A DNA stretch of 64,000 bases from an uncultured Aminicenantes bacterium (GCA_965195285.1 CBDAFS010000041.1:1-64000); one strand, 5' to 3'. Positions 1 through 11,264 are shown, counted from the stretch's first letter. Made by a program: numbers and translations. Notes: a model not told the origin generated them from the sequence alone.

Positions 1-897
1 CAGAAATTACTCAATATCCTGAAAATATTATCAACCAATGGATTTGAAGCGGTTCCCTTTAAAGGACCGGTCATTGCGGTCCAGGCCTACGGTGATATCG
101 GGTTAAGAGCATTTTGTGACCTGGATATTTTAATCAAGAGCAGTGATTTTCCCGTTATTTATGATCTTTTGTTATCGGAAGGTTTTTCATCCCTTAAACC
201 CATGATCGGAAAGCTGAAATCCATATGGAAAAAATCCCGGAGAAATTTTGAATTCAAAGATGAAACCGGTTTTTATGATTTTCACCAGCAGGTATCCCAG
301 GGTCCTGGATTTTTCAGACTGAAAGACAAGTGGAACACGTTTTCTACCGTTGAATTGAATTCACAGGAGGTTCCCTGCTTAAACAACCATGATACCATCT
401 TGATGTTAGCCCTTCATGGGACCCATCATGGCTGGAATATCCTGAAGTTTGTGGCGGATCTGGCTCATTTCATCCATTCCCGTGAGTCAGAAATCAACTG
501 GGAGGTTCTGGTTGAAAAAGCCAGAAAGATGGGATCATTGAGGATGGTAATGATCGGGTTGTTGCTGGGTCAGGATTTTTGCGGTTTGGAAATACCACCT
601 TTGATCCAGGATTTGATTCAAAACGATAAAAAAATCAGAAATCTGACTGGATATTTCAGATTACAGACCCTGAAAAAAAGGAAGTCAAACCAGGTTCCGG
701 TGATGGCCGTTCCCCGGTCTTTGGATTCCCAATATTATCAGTTCAGATATATGATCTATTATCTGTTTAATCCCACCAACCTGGATGTGTTAGCAATAAG
801 GTTGCCGGGATTTTTATATCCGCTATATTATGTGATTCGACCGGTGAGGTTGGGGATTAATTTAGTAAAGAAGATTTTTAATAGGAAAATAAATTAG
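1..897 (+). CDS. Nucleotidyltransferase family protein (NTP_transf_5-like), 5'-truncated by window edge
   Basis: Frame 1 is open from base 1: QKLLNILKILSTNGFEAVPFKGPVIAVQAYGDIGLRAFCDLDILI has the KG...R...DLD motif; later HGTHHGW...LKFVADL is typical of this family. Confidence 0.75.
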   Translation, partial: QKLLNILKILSTNGFEAVPFKGPVIAVQAYGDIGLRAFCDLDILIKSSDFPVIYDLLLSEGFSSLKPMIGKLKSIWKKSRRNFEFKDETGFYDFHQQVSQGPGFFRLKDKWNTFSTVELNSQEVPCLNNHDTILMLALHGTHHGWNILKFVADLAHFIHSRESEINWEVLVEKARKMGSLRMVMIGLLLGQDFCGLEIPPLIQDLIQNDKKIRNLTGYFRLQTLKKRKSNQVPVMAVPRSLDSQYYQFRYMIYYLFNPTNLDVLAIRLPGFLYPLYYVIRPVRLGINLVKKIFNRKIN

Positions 898-1012
898 GTA
901 AAGGTTAAGGTAAAGGTAAAGTAGAAAGAAAGGTAAAGACAAAGAAAGATAAAAATTGAGGATATTTTCCAAGTTTTAATTTTTTTCTTAACCTTAACCT
1001 TTGCCTTTACCT
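897..1012. repeat. Simple-sequence GGTAAA/GGTTAA tract followed by its reverse complement (fold-back spacer)
   Basis: GGTAAAGGTTAAGGTAAAGGTAAAG right after the stop codon; CTTAACCTTAACCTTTGCCTTTACCT at ~988-1012. Confidence 0.7.
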
Positions 1013-1040
1013 GAGATAAGATTGATAAGGGAAATTGTAA

Positions 1041-2126
1041 ATGAGATATCTATTCGACATCGGTCATCCGGCTGAGTTCCATTACTTTAAATTGGTGATC
1101 CGTAATCTGGAGGAAAAGGGTCATCAGGTGCTGATTACAGCCCGGGATAAGGATGTTACTCTGGAATTGTTGAAAAAATCCGGATTGGATTATGTCAATA
1201 TTGGAAAAAACCTGCCTTCTAAAATTGGCAAGGTGTTTTCCCTTTTCCGAAATGATTTTCAAATTTTGAAAGCCATTAATAAATTTAAGCCTGATTTAAT
1301 CATAAACTTTTTTTCTCCTTTTGCCGCCCAGGCCGGCTGGCTGGCCCGGATTCCGGTATTGGGATTTCATGATACCGAGATTGCCGGAATCAGTATCAAG
1401 TTAGCTCAACCGTTTACCGATATGGTGGTGGTCCCCGAGTGTTATACCCGGATATTGCCAAAGAAAAAACTCATCCGGTTTAAGGGTTATTTTGAATTAT
1501 GTCACCTTCATCCCAATCATTTCATCCCTGATCCATCTGTCCGGGATATTTTAGGAATAGATAAAAATGAAAAATTCATATTGATCCGATTTGTATCTCA
1601 CCGTGCCATCCATGATACCGGTTTCAGAGGCATGTCTTTGGAAATGAAACGAAAAGCGGTGAAAGAATTTTTAACATTTAGCCGGGTGTTTATTTCCTCG
1701 GAAGAACCATTACCCGAAGATTTAGCAGACTATGAATTGAATGTTCCGGTTGAAAAGATTCACGATGTGTTAACATATGCCAGCCTCTGTTACGGGGAAA
1801 GCGCCACCATGTCTGCCGAGAGTGCGGTATTAGGAACACCGGCTGTATTTTTAGATGAAAAGGGCCGGGGGTATACCCATGATCTGGAAAAGGAATATGG
1901 TCTGGTGTTTAATTATTCCATGAGTAAAGAAGATCAGGAGAGTTCCATTGACAAAGGAATTGAATTGATAAAAAACCATGATCACCAACACTGGCAGAAG
2001 CAACAGGAAAAATTACTCGGGGATCATATTGATGTGACTGCCTTCATGAGCTGGCTGATCGAACAATATCCGGAGAGTGTGGAGGTTATAAAAAGGGATC
2101 CCGATTATCAATTCGGGTTTATGTGA
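1041..2126 (+). CDS. DUF354-family predicted glycosyltransferase
   Basis: N-terminal FDIGHPAEFHYFK, ITARDKD, GESATMSAESAVLGTPA motifs. Confidence 0.8.
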   Translation: MRYLFDIGHPAEFHYFKLVIRNLEEKGHQVLITARDKDVTLELLKKSGLDYVNIGKNLPSKIGKVFSLFRNDFQILKAINKFKPDLIINFFSPFAAQAGWLARIPVLGFHDTEIAGISIKLAQPFTDMVVVPECYTRILPKKKLIRFKGYFELCHLHPNHFIPDPSVRDILGIDKNEKFILIRFVSHRAIHDTGFRGMSLEMKRKAVKEFLTFSRVFISSEEPLPEDLADYELNVPVEKIHDVLTYASLCYGESATMSAESAVLGTPAVFLDEKGRGYTHDLEKEYGLVFNYSMSKEDQESSIDKGIELIKNHDHQHWQKQQEKLLGDHIDVTAFMSWLIEQYPESVEVIKRDPDYQFGFM

Positions 2127-2162
2127 AGGATGTGGAAGATCTCACACCAACAATAATACTTT

Positions 2163-2205
2163 AGGTTAAGGTTGAGGTTAAGGCTGAGGTTAAGGTTGAG
2201 GTAAA
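2163..2205 (+). repeat. Tandem hexamer (AGGTTA/AGGTTG)n
   Basis: AGGTTAAGGTTGAGGTTAAGGCTGAGGTTAAGGTTGAGGTAAA. Confidence 0.8.
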
Positions 2206-2235
2206 GTGATAAGATGAAAAACAAGTTCATGATTC

Positions 2236-2907
2236 ATGAGCGCTGATTTAATAATGAAAGAGAAATATTTTGATTTGGACCATATTGATCGCCAGGCTGA
2301 AAGTTTGCTGAATGAAGTTAAAAATGAACTTGAGGTTCATCCTCTGGAGTTGAAGCCGGCGCAGGCGGCCCTGCTGGTAATGGATATGCAGGGTTTTTTT
2401 GTAGAGCCGGATTCCCATGCGTTCATACCCGCTGCCCGGGCTATCCTTCCCAATATCCTGAAACTTCAAAATGTCTTTCTGGAAAACAATAGTCCCGTAT
2501 TTCAAACCCGACACCTGAATACGGTTGAGAATGCCGGAAGGATGGGGGAGTGGTGGTCAGAGTTGATGACTGCCGATCATCCCCTGAATCAGATCACTGC
2601 TGCCCTGAGAGATCCAAGGGCGGTGCAATTGGAAAAAAACCAGTATGATGCCTTTTACGACACCGATCTCTTATCTTTGCTCCGGGACCGGGAAGTCAGT
2701 CAACTGGTCATTACCGGGGTCATGGCCCACCTATGCTGCGAGACAACGGCCCGTTCGGCATTTGTCAGGGGATTTGAGGTGTTTTTTGTGGTGGATGGCA
2801 CCGCCACCTTTAACCGGGATTTTCATCGGGCCACCCTGTTGAACCTTTCCCATGGATTTGCGGTTCCCCTGATGAGTTGTGATATAATGGATGCCTTTAA
2901 AAAATGA
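2236..2907 (+). CDS. Isochorismatase/cysteine hydrolase family protein
   Basis: LLVMDMQ (Asp), EKNQYDAF (Lys), GVMAHLCCETTAR (Cys) catalytic triad. Confidence 0.9.
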   Translation: MSADLIMKEKYFDLDHIDRQAESLLNEVKNELEVHPLELKPAQAALLVMDMQGFFVEPDSHAFIPAARAILPNILKLQNVFLENNSPVFQTRHLNTVENAGRMGEWWSELMTADHPLNQITAALRDPRAVQLEKNQYDAFYDTDLLSLLRDREVSQLVITGVMAHLCCETTARSAFVRGFEVFFVVDGTATFNRDFHRATLLNLSHGFAVPLMSCDIMDAFKK

Positions 2908-3806
2908 AAACCAAACCCGAAGTGATCATCGTGGGAGCCGGTCCGGCCGGAATGGCCACGGCCCTGCAATTAAAACGGTATGGAATAGATACCATTTTAT
3001 TTGAAAAAGATCGATTGGGCGGACTGCTGATAAATGCCCGGCTGGTGGAAAATGTCTTGGGTTTTCCCGAGGGAATTTCCGGCCCGGACCTGGTTGATTT
3101 ATATGAACGGCAGTTGAAAAAATTCAATATAGATGTGATCCACCAAACGGTTATGGAACTAAATTATAATGAGATAAGAGAAACCTTCTCGGTCAGTATT
3201 GATGGGGGATCACAATACCCGGCCGGGGTGGTGGTGGTGGCCAGCGGCACCCGGGCCAACGAATGGGATCAATTGAATTTTATACATCCTGAAATGAAAA
3301 AATACATTTTTCATGAAGTGGTTTCCCTCCTGGATGAGAAAGGAAAGAAGATCATCATCATCGGGGCCGGGGATGCCGCCTTTGATTATGCCCTCAACCT
3401 GTCTGATGAAAATGAGGTGTTGATCCTCAACCGGGGAACCGAAATCAAGGCCCTCCCGGTATTGCAGGACCGGGTCAGAGAGAATCCGGATATCGGCTAT
3501 CTGGACCGGGCAACAATTGAATCCATTGACCGGGGAAAACAACGGCCTTTAGCGGTGGGTATTCAACAAAATGGTAAAAACACGATCCGGGAAACAAATT
3601 GTATTGTTTGCGCCTTAGGGCGGGAACCGGATAAACGCTTTTATGCCCCCGCTCTTAACAAATTAGAGGAGCAGTTGATTCTCAGGGGCAACCTCCACCT
3701 GGTCGGGGATGTGAGTAACGGCTCATACCGCCAGGTGTCTATTGCCATTGGCAACGGGATCCAGGCGGCCATGGAAATTTATCATCAATGGGGGAAAGGG
3801 CAATGA
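2904..3806 (+). CDS. NAD(P)/FAD-dependent oxidoreductase, thioredoxin-reductase-like, lacking CxxC
   Basis: GAGPAG FAD motif, VENVLGFPEGISG, GAGDAA NAD(P) motif, C-terminal GDV...RQ...A.G.G; ATGA overlap with upstream gene. Confidence 0.85.
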   Translation: MKTKPEVIIVGAGPAGMATALQLKRYGIDTILFEKDRLGGLLINARLVENVLGFPEGISGPDLVDLYERQLKKFNIDVIHQTVMELNYNEIRETFSVSIDGGSQYPAGVVVVASGTRANEWDQLNFIHPEMKKYIFHEVVSLLDEKGKKIIIIGAGDAAFDYALNLSDENEVLILNRGTEIKALPVLQDRVRENPDIGYLDRATIESIDRGKQRPLAVGIQQNGKNTIRETNCIVCALGREPDKRFYAPALNKLEEQLILRGNLHLVGDVSNGSYRQVSIAIGNGIQAAMEIYHQWGKGQ

Positions 3807-4750
3807 AAATCTTAGCCAGGGCCGGAACCAAAGCCGTGGCCATGGTGTACTTGGCTGAAATGTCTGCCTCCCGCTTTGTTGAGTTTGTGGAATCGGTTCA
3901 GCCGCCCTTATCCCGGTCGGAAAAATGGGTGTTGATCATCTCCACCCTGTTCGGATGTCCCGTGGATTGTGAGATGTGTGATGCCGGCGGCCGCTACCGG
4001 GGCAAACTGTCTCGACTGGAAATGTTGGAACAGATTGATTACCTGATCCGGCAGTATTTTCCTGATAATGAGATTCCGGTGAAAAAATTCAAGATCCAAT
4101 TTGCCCGCATGGGCGAGCCGGCTTTTAATGACGAGGTGTTAGCGGTTTTATCCGAATTGCCCCGAAAATACCGGGCGCCGGGCCTGATGCCCAGCCTGTC
4201 CACCATTGCACCCAGGGGGTGTGATGGGTTTTTTGACCGATTGAAAGACATCAAGAATCAATATTATCCGGGCGGGCATTTTCAATTGCAATTTTCCATC
4301 CACACCACCGATGAATCGCTGAGAGACCGGATCATCCCGGCGGACAAATGGAATTTCAGCGAAATCGCTGAATACGGTGAACAATTTTTTCAGAATGGTG
4401 ATCGCAAGATCACACTGAATTTTGCTCTGGCCGACCATTTGCCGGTCTCGGCCGGCGTGCTGGAATCAACCTTTGATCCCGGCCGTTTTGTGATCAAAAT
4501 CACCCCGGTGAATCCCACTCTGAAGGTCAGGGAAAAACGAATCAACAGTTTGATTGTCAATGAATCCCAGGCGTTGAGCCTGGACTGGGTCCGGCAGCTG
4601 CGGAAGGATGGCTATGAGGTGATAATCAGCATCGGTGAGCTGGAAGAGAATAAAATCGGAAGCAACTGCGGCCAGTACATTCGAAAATATCTGGAAGATT
4701 CTAAAAACATGGTTAATGATTCCTATCAATATAAGTTAGAGAAAATATAA
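3803..4750 (+). CDS. RlmN/Cfr-related radical SAM protein
   Basis: CPVDCEMC cluster motif, MGEP, SIH, C-terminal SNCGQ; ATG at 3803 overlaps the upstream stop. Confidence 0.8.
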   Translation: MKILARAGTKAVAMVYLAEMSASRFVEFVESVQPPLSRSEKWVLIISTLFGCPVDCEMCDAGGRYRGKLSRLEMLEQIDYLIRQYFPDNEIPVKKFKIQFARMGEPAFNDEVLAVLSELPRKYRAPGLMPSLSTIAPRGCDGFFDRLKDIKNQYYPGGHFQLQFSIHTTDESLRDRIIPADKWNFSEIAEYGEQFFQNGDRKITLNFALADHLPVSAGVLESTFDPGRFVIKITPVNPTLKVREKRINSLIVNESQALSLDWVRQLRKDGYEVIISIGELEENKIGSNCGQYIRKYLEDSKNMVNDSYQYKLEKI

Positions 4751-4859
4751 TACCCTGTAGTTTCAGGGCTCTCACAGGATTCCCTTTCACTTTACCCAAA
4801 AACGTTCTCGTTTTTGGGAGCGTTCCACCAATTTTCCAAATAATATTGATAAATACTCA

Positions 4860-5445
4860 ATGTGTAATTGTTTGGAATTTTGAATTTTTGTCATTCGAAT
4901 TTGTTTCGGATTTCGTGCTTCGTGTTTAGGATTTATTTTTTTTCTTAACCTTAACCTGAGAATTCAGGAGCCAGAAGACAGAAGTCAGAATAAATAAAAT
5001 CCCAAATCCGAAATCCGAAACAAATTCAAAATTCAAAGATTCAAAACAAATATAAATAAAGATTAGAAGTCAGGAGATAGAAGACAGAAGTTTTTACTTA
5101 ACCTTAATCTCAACCTTAACCTGAGTTTTAAGTTTTCCCTGAATGAGATGACTATCATTTCTTAATAAAATAAAGATAAGTTACCGGGCGAATTGCCATT
5201 CGCCCCTACGGTTGACCAAATAATCTTCACGCTTTACGCCTTCACACTTCACGAAAGATTTTAAGACTTTCAACTTTTACGAAAGATTTTAAGATTTTTA
5301 CGCTTCACTCTTTACGTCTCACTCTTTTTACTTTACCTTTACCTTAACCTAAGCCTGAGAAGACAGAAGTTGAGAAGATAAGAAATTCAGAAGTTTAAGA
5401 ACGTAGAACATAGATGTTAGAAATAGAACTACCTACTACTTACTT
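4860..5445. repeat. Composite low-complexity intergenic repeat block (heptamer/hexamer tracts plus one REP palindrome at 5186-5209)
   Basis: TTCGAATTTGTTTCGGATTT with inverted AAATCCGAAACAAATTCAAA, CAGAAGA tracts, AACCTT tracts, GGGCGAATTGCCATTCGCCCCTAC. Confidence 0.75.
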
Positions 5446-5446
5446 C

Positions 5447-6088
5447 CTACGACTTACTATTTACTTCCTTGTCCAATAAGAATAACTTCAGTTGCCGGAA
5501 TGCCTGACTGCGGTGGGATATCCGGTTTTTTTCTTCTGCGGTCATTTCAGCAAAGGTTTTTTCTAACCGGGGATAATAAAACACCGGATCATAACCAAAC
5601 CCCCTTGACCCTTTTTTTTCTTTTTGCAAAATACCCTCAACGGTTCCCCGGAAGGATTTGATCAGGCGGCCGTTTTTGCTCAGGGCCAGCACAGTCACAA
5701 AGGCAGCCCCACGGTCTACATGGGGTCTCATTTCCTTCAGCAATTTTTCAATATTCCGTTCATTATCGGCATCCGGACCGGCATAGCGGGCCGAATGAAT
5801 GCCCGGTCTCCCCCCCAGGGCATCTGCGGTCAATCCAGAGTCTTCTCCAACCGTGAGTATATCCGGGGCCAGGCGGCTGTAGAAGATTGATTTTCCTGAT
5901 GCATTCTCTAAAAAGGTTTTTCCCGTTTCCGGATAGGGGGTATCAATACCCAGGTCAGCGAGGGAGAGGAGTTCAAAGAGGGGATTGTCCTCCTGTAGCA
6001 GGCTGCGAATCTCCCGGAGTTTGCCCGGGTTGGTGGTGGCAATCAGGAGTTTTAATAAATCCATTGAATTATTGACACGGTCAGCCAT
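5447..6088 (-). CDS. rdgB: Non-canonical purine NTP pyrophosphatase (RdgB/HAM1)
   Basis: ATTNPGKLREI, EDSGL, PGIHSARYAG, GFGYDPVF, EKNRISHR motifs. Confidence 0.95.
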   Translation of the reverse strand: MADRVNNSMDLLKLLIATTNPGKLREIRSLLQEDNPLFELLSLADLGIDTPYPETGKTFLENASGKSIFYSRLAPDILTVGEDSGLTADALGGRPGIHSARYAGPDADNERNIEKLLKEMRPHVDRGAAFVTVLALSKNGRLIKSFRGTVEGILQKEKKGSRGFGYDPVFYYPRLEKTFAEMTAEEKNRISHRSQAFRQLKLFLLDKEVNSKS

Positions 6089-6117
6089 TTCGGAGAGGGG
6101 TTGATGTGTCCCGATCT

Positions 6118-6765
6118 CTACAAGTTTTCACTACTGATTTCTTTGACCCCTTTTAGCTGAATGACTTTTTCCACGAATTCCCGGTTCTTGATATCCGAGG
6201 TGATCAGCACGATTTCGATTAAATAAGCCCGCTTGATCTTACTGAGGTTGACATTGATATAGCGGATTCCCGATTCGGTCATGATCTCCTTGATCTCGGC
6301 CAGGATGGCGGCCCGGTCCTCGGTCTTGATGATGTAGGCATATGACTTTTTCTGCTTTTCAATCACCCGGATGATGGGCCGGAAGGCAGTCAGGATGATC
6401 AGGATAAACAGGGTTACGATAAAGGCAATGAAATAGTAGCCGATACCCACTGCCATACCAATGGCGGCCACGCTCCAGATGGTGGCAGCTGTGGTCAGGC
6501 CGTGCACGGCAAACCGGGCCTGAATGATGGCCCCGGCCCCTAAGAATCCGATCCCGGTCACGATCTGGGAGGCAATCCGGCTGGGGTCGGCCAGGCTGAA
6601 GGATTCGGCCAGCTTGATGGACAGGATGGTCAACAGCACACTGCCGATGGCAATCAGGATATTGGTTCGTAATCCGGCTTCCTTCTGGGCGATTTCCCGC
6701 TCCAGGCCGATGAGGCCGCCAAGAGTGGCTGCCAAAAATATTTTTAAAAGGATTTCCAGTTCCAT
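6118..6765 (-). CDS. MgtC/SapB family membrane protein with C-terminal ACT-like domain
   Basis: GGLIGLERE, AGLRT, DPSRIASQIVTGIGFLGAGAI, GLTTAATIW. Confidence 0.9.
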   Translation of the reverse strand: MELEILLKIFLAATLGGLIGLEREIAQKEAGLRTNILIAIGSVLLTILSIKLAESFSLADPSRIASQIVTGIGFLGAGAIIQARFAVHGLTTAATIWSVAAIGMAVGIGYYFIAFIVTLFILIILTAFRPIIRVIEKQKKSYAYIIKTEDRAAILAEIKEIMTESGIRYINVNLSKIKRAYLIEIVLITSDIKNREFVEKVIQLKGVKEISSENL

Positions 6766-6766
6766 C

Positions 6767-7672
6767 TTATTTGAAAATAAAAGCAAGGATAAATATGACC
6801 ACTAAAAACAGGGTATAGAAAGCAAAATGGGGATTTTTCAATAATTTTTCAGGTTCTTCGGCAGCTTCCGGGTCACTGAGTGATTTTTTCAAAAAAATGA
6901 TCAGGTAGATAATGATAAAGGGAAGGGAAAAGAGAAAGGTATAGTATTGAATCTTCAAGGCAAACAGAGAAAAGGTCAGAACAAAAAGCAATCCGTTGAT
7001 GATCATAAAGGACATCAGCATCCGGTGGCTGTATTTTTTCAGGGAGAGCCGGTAACCGGCTGATTCCGCTTCGGTCAGGAATTTTTTTTCAGCCACCCGC
7101 TTGCCGATCATCAGAAAATTGCCGAAACACCACCAGGCTACCAGCAGGCTCAGCGGAGGAAAAGAGGTCTGTACAATATACCAGCCGATTAAAAAGCGGA
7201 TGGGGTTGTTGGCCGACTCCACCGTAGAATCCAGAAAGGGCACATCCTTGAGCCGTACCGGCGGTACATTGTAGAGAACGCCAGCCACCAGCAGGGCCAG
7301 CAGGCTGAATACAAAGGTGATGTTGTACAGCAAAAGGGCAATCGTGATCGAGACCGCTACCATCAGCGACCACAAAAAGAGCAGCTTGACCGGGCTTATC
7401 TGGTTGTTTATCAGGGGCCGGTTTTTCTTCTGGGGGTGGTGTTTGTCATAGGGGGCATCGGTGATTTCATTGACAATGTAGTTGGCGGTGGAGATCAGCC
7501 AGGTCAGACCAAACCCCAGCCCCAGCCTGAATAGCAGGTCAACCAGGTTGACGGTTTTGAGTAATTCGGGTGACAAAATAAATACGGCTATAAAACCGGG
7601 GATGATGGCCAGGCTGCGGGGCCAGCGCTCCAGCCTCAGGGATTGCAGGTACAATTTAATTTTTTCGCGCAT
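6767..7672 (-). CDS. UbiA prenyltransferase family (decaprenyl-phosphate phosphoribosyltransferase-like)
   Basis: NYIVNEITDAPYDKHHPQKKNRP, LKDVPFLD, GKRVAE; multiple TM helices. Confidence 0.85.
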   Translation of the reverse strand: MREKIKLYLQSLRLERWPRSLAIIPGFIAVFILSPELLKTVNLVDLLFRLGLGFGLTWLISTANYIVNEITDAPYDKHHPQKKNRPLINNQISPVKLLFLWSLMVAVSITIALLLYNITFVFSLLALLVAGVLYNVPPVRLKDVPFLDSTVESANNPIRFLIGWYIVQTSFPPLSLLVAWWCFGNFLMIGKRVAEKKFLTEAESAGYRLSLKKYSHRMLMSFMIINGLLFVLTFSLFALKIQYYTFLFSLPFIIIYLIIFLKKSLSDPEAAEEPEKLLKNPHFAFYTLFLVVIFILAFIFK

Positions 7673-8543
7673 AAATTTCCCAGGAATCGAATAATTGTAA
7701 TTTCAAGTGTACCTTTTTCAATAATTTTTGTAAAGTTTTTTTCTGCTTCAAACCGGGAAAAAATCGAGTCAGCAGGTAAAAAATGCTGAAATGCCAGGCA
7801 TAACGGTGAAATTTGATAATGTCGAAACCATGGTTGGCTAACAAGACCTTCAGCGACTTCCGGTTGAAGAAGTTGAGGTGGGCGATGCGGAAGTGCCACC
7901 ACCTTTTGCCCATCAGTTTCACGGCCAGGCTGTTGATGTCCGGCGTGACAATCACCAGGATTCCGTCTTTCCGGATCAACCCTTCCAGCCGGGTCATGAA
8001 GGGTTCGGGTTCGGCCAGGTGTTCGAGTATATCAACCAGGGTGATTACTGAAAATTTTTCGGAGTTTGGAAAAGTTTCAACTACACCCTGAAACAGTTCT
8101 ATGCCGTACTGCTCCCGGGCCTGGTTTACCAGGAACCGGGAAGGTTCGATGCCCATTATACGGTAGCCCTGCTTTTGGGCCAGGTCTAAAAATATGCCAC
8201 TGGCCGCCCCGATATCCAGCAAATGGTTGCCGGGCTTGTCGATCCGGCTCAGCCGCTTCAGGATGGTTCTGAAATTTCGGGACCGGCCCTCGGATTCCAG
8301 GCTGTATTCCGGGTCTTCCAGATCCCGGTAGAATGTGGCCAGGTCTTGCTCATTGAGGGTGGGGTTGGAAAATACAAAACCGCAATCCCGGCATTTATGA
8401 AAATTCCACATCTGGCCGTAATGGCTGTCCGTGATTCTGAAATGATCGGGGCCGATACTGTCCGGGTCAAAGGAGCCTTTTCGATAGTTATATGTCCGGG
8501 CGGAGTCGCAGACCGGGCAGTTGTTTCTTTGAACCCATTTCAT
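7656..8543 (-). CDS. Class I SAM-dependent methyltransferase with N-terminal Zn-binding CxxC pairs
   Basis: CPVC...CRDCG, LLDIGAASG, DILEHL, TPD. Confidence 0.85.
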   Translation of the reverse strand: MKWVQRNNCPVCDSARTYNYRKGSFDPDSIGPDHFRITDSHYGQMWNFHKCRDCGFVFSNPTLNEQDLATFYRDLEDPEYSLESEGRSRNFRTILKRLSRIDKPGNHLLDIGAASGIFLDLAQKQGYRIMGIEPSRFLVNQAREQYGIELFQGVVETFPNSEKFSVITLVDILEHLAEPEPFMTRLEGLIRKDGILVIVTPDINSLAVKLMGKRWWHFRIAHLNFFNRKSLKVLLANHGFDIIKFHRYAWHFSIFYLLTRFFPGLKQKKTLQKLLKKVHLKLQLFDSWEIYARKN

Positions 8544-8596
8544 TCGATATTTATATCACAGTTTTGCTTTCAGGAAAAGGCTTGGAGACGTGAAAC

Positions 8597-8930
8597 ATAA
8601 AGGTAAAGATAAAGGTAAAGGCAAAGGTTAAGGTTGAGGTAAAGGAAAAGGTAAAGGTTAAGGTAAAGGAAAAGACGTAAGGCGTAATACGTAAAGCGTA
8701 AAATGTGATAAGTAATTGGAAAAATGTAGGGGCGAATGGCAATTCGCCCATTTATTTATATCGATTTTTCATATTGGTTGTAATAATCATCCCTTTCAGG
8801 GCAAACTGCCGTTTGCCCCTACAAGAGCATTCTCATTAGATTCATTATTGTTTTGTTTTGAACCTTCGAATTTTGAATTTGTTTCGGATTTAGAATTTGG
8901 GATTTGTTTTTTCTGGCTTCTTTCTCCTAA
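8597..8930. repeat. Composite repeat block: (AAGGTA)n tract, REP doublet 8726-8822, TTCGAAT heptamers
   Basis: GTAGGGGCGAATGGCAATTCGCCC (8726-8749) and inverted GGGCAAACTGCCGTTTGCCCCTAC (8799-8822); near reverse-complement copy at ~21380-21612. Confidence 0.8.
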
Positions 8931-9014
8931 GATAAAGTGTAATTGAAAGATAAATAATTTTTTTTATTCTATTGAAAAAAAACAATGCTTATGTTAATTT
9001 TTATATTCAAATAA

Positions 9015-10028
<1,014 letters not shown>

Positions 10029-10035
10029 CAGTGAA

Positions 10036-11214
10036 ATGAAATATTTAAAAGACATTGAAGCCAAGGATAAATGTGTTTTGGTGCGCAATGATTTCAATGT
10101 GCCCCTGAACCAAAAGAGGGAAATTTTAGATGACACACGGATAAGGGCCTCTTTGCCCACCATCGAGTATCTTATCGAGAGCGGAGCTAAGATTGTTCTG
10201 TGTTCCCATCTGGGGCGGCCCCAGGGGGAATTCAAGCCGGAGTTCAGCCTGAGACCGGTTGCCCACCGCTTATCAGAGCTGCTGGACCGCCCGGTTCAAT
10301 TTCAGGCTGAGATCACCGGAGAAAAAGTTGATGCCGCCAAAGCCTCCCTGAAACCCGGGGAAATCCTGTTGTTAGAAAACCTGCGCTTTCATCCCGGGGA
10401 AACCGGTAATGACCCGGACTTTGCCCGAGATCTGGCCCGGGGTATTGATGTGTATGTGAACGATGCCTTCAGCACTTCTCACCGGGATCATGCCTCGATT
10501 ACCGGGATAACCCGGCTGGTGCCGGTAGCAGTGGCCGGGCTGTTGTTGAAAAAGGAAGTGGATTATCTGAGCCTGGTTGTTGAAAAGCCCAGTGAAAATT
10601 ATGTCCTCATCTTAGGTGGGAACAAGGTATCGGAGAAGATCCCGGTAATCAACAACCTGTTAGAACGGGCCACCACCATTCTGATCGGGGGGGCCATGGC
10701 CTATACTTTTTTAAAGGCCCAGGGCGTTAAAGTGGGCATGTCCAAGGTGGAGGATGCGTATTTGCCCATGTGCCGGGAGATAATGGAAAAAGCCAAGGTC
10801 AGCGGGTGCAAATTGATGCTGCCCGTGGATCATGTGGCGGCGGTGAAGATCGAAGCCAATGTGACCATTCGCATGGTGGAAAAAGGCAAGGAAATCCCCG
10901 AGGATATGATGGGCCTGGATATCGGGTATGAAACCGTGGAGCGGTACATGGCCGAAATCCGCCGCGCAGCTCTGGTCGTTTGGAACGGCCCCATGGGGGT
11001 TTTTGAAGTGGATGATTTTTCGGGCGGCACCATGTCCGTGGCCAAAGCCATTGCCGATGTTTCAGCCACCTCGATTGTGGGTGGGGGTGACTCGGTAGCA
11101 GCCCTGATCAAGGCCGGTGTCTCTGATAACATATCCCATATATCAACCGGGGGCGGGGCCTCCCTGGAGTTTCTTTCCGGAAAAATCTTAGCCGGAATCG
11201 AGGCGCTTTCCTGA
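10036..11214 (+). CDS. pgk: Phosphoglycerate kinase
   Basis: DFNVPL, SHLGRP, LLENLRF, WNGPMGVFE, HISTGGGASLE. Confidence 0.98.
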   Translation: MKYLKDIEAKDKCVLVRNDFNVPLNQKREILDDTRIRASLPTIEYLIESGAKIVLCSHLGRPQGEFKPEFSLRPVAHRLSELLDRPVQFQAEITGEKVDAAKASLKPGEILLLENLRFHPGETGNDPDFARDLARGIDVYVNDAFSTSHRDHASITGITRLVPVAVAGLLLKKEVDYLSLVVEKPSENYVLILGGNKVSEKIPVINNLLERATTILIGGAMAYTFLKAQGVKVGMSKVEDAYLPMCREIMEKAKVSGCKLMLPVDHVAAVKIEANVTIRMVEKGKEIPEDMMGLDIGYETVERYMAEIRRAALVVWNGPMGVFEVDDFSGGTMSVAKAIADVSATSIVGGGDSVAALIKAGVSDNISHISTGGGASLEFLSGKILAGIEALS

Positions 11215-11264
11215 ACATTGATTAACAGACATCAATAAAATTTTTAAAAGGAGACCTGGATATC

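Noticed and set aside
1-897. Lasso-peptide cluster suggested by the nucleotidyltransferase and the distant PqqD-like gene
   Set aside because: No cyclase, leader peptidase or precursor in the window; the two genes are 58 kb apart and the neighbour is a glycosyltransferase.
3803-4750. Calling this gene rlmN or cfr
   Set aside because: It lacks the N-terminal domain and the resolving cysteine, so the symbol was withheld.
8551-8946. Short ORFs 8551-8751, 8716-8946, 12062-12640, 12378-12629 and 21353-21613
   Set aside because: They are translations of REP or simple-repeat blocks or antisense to tRNAs; their shared peptides come from the repeats.
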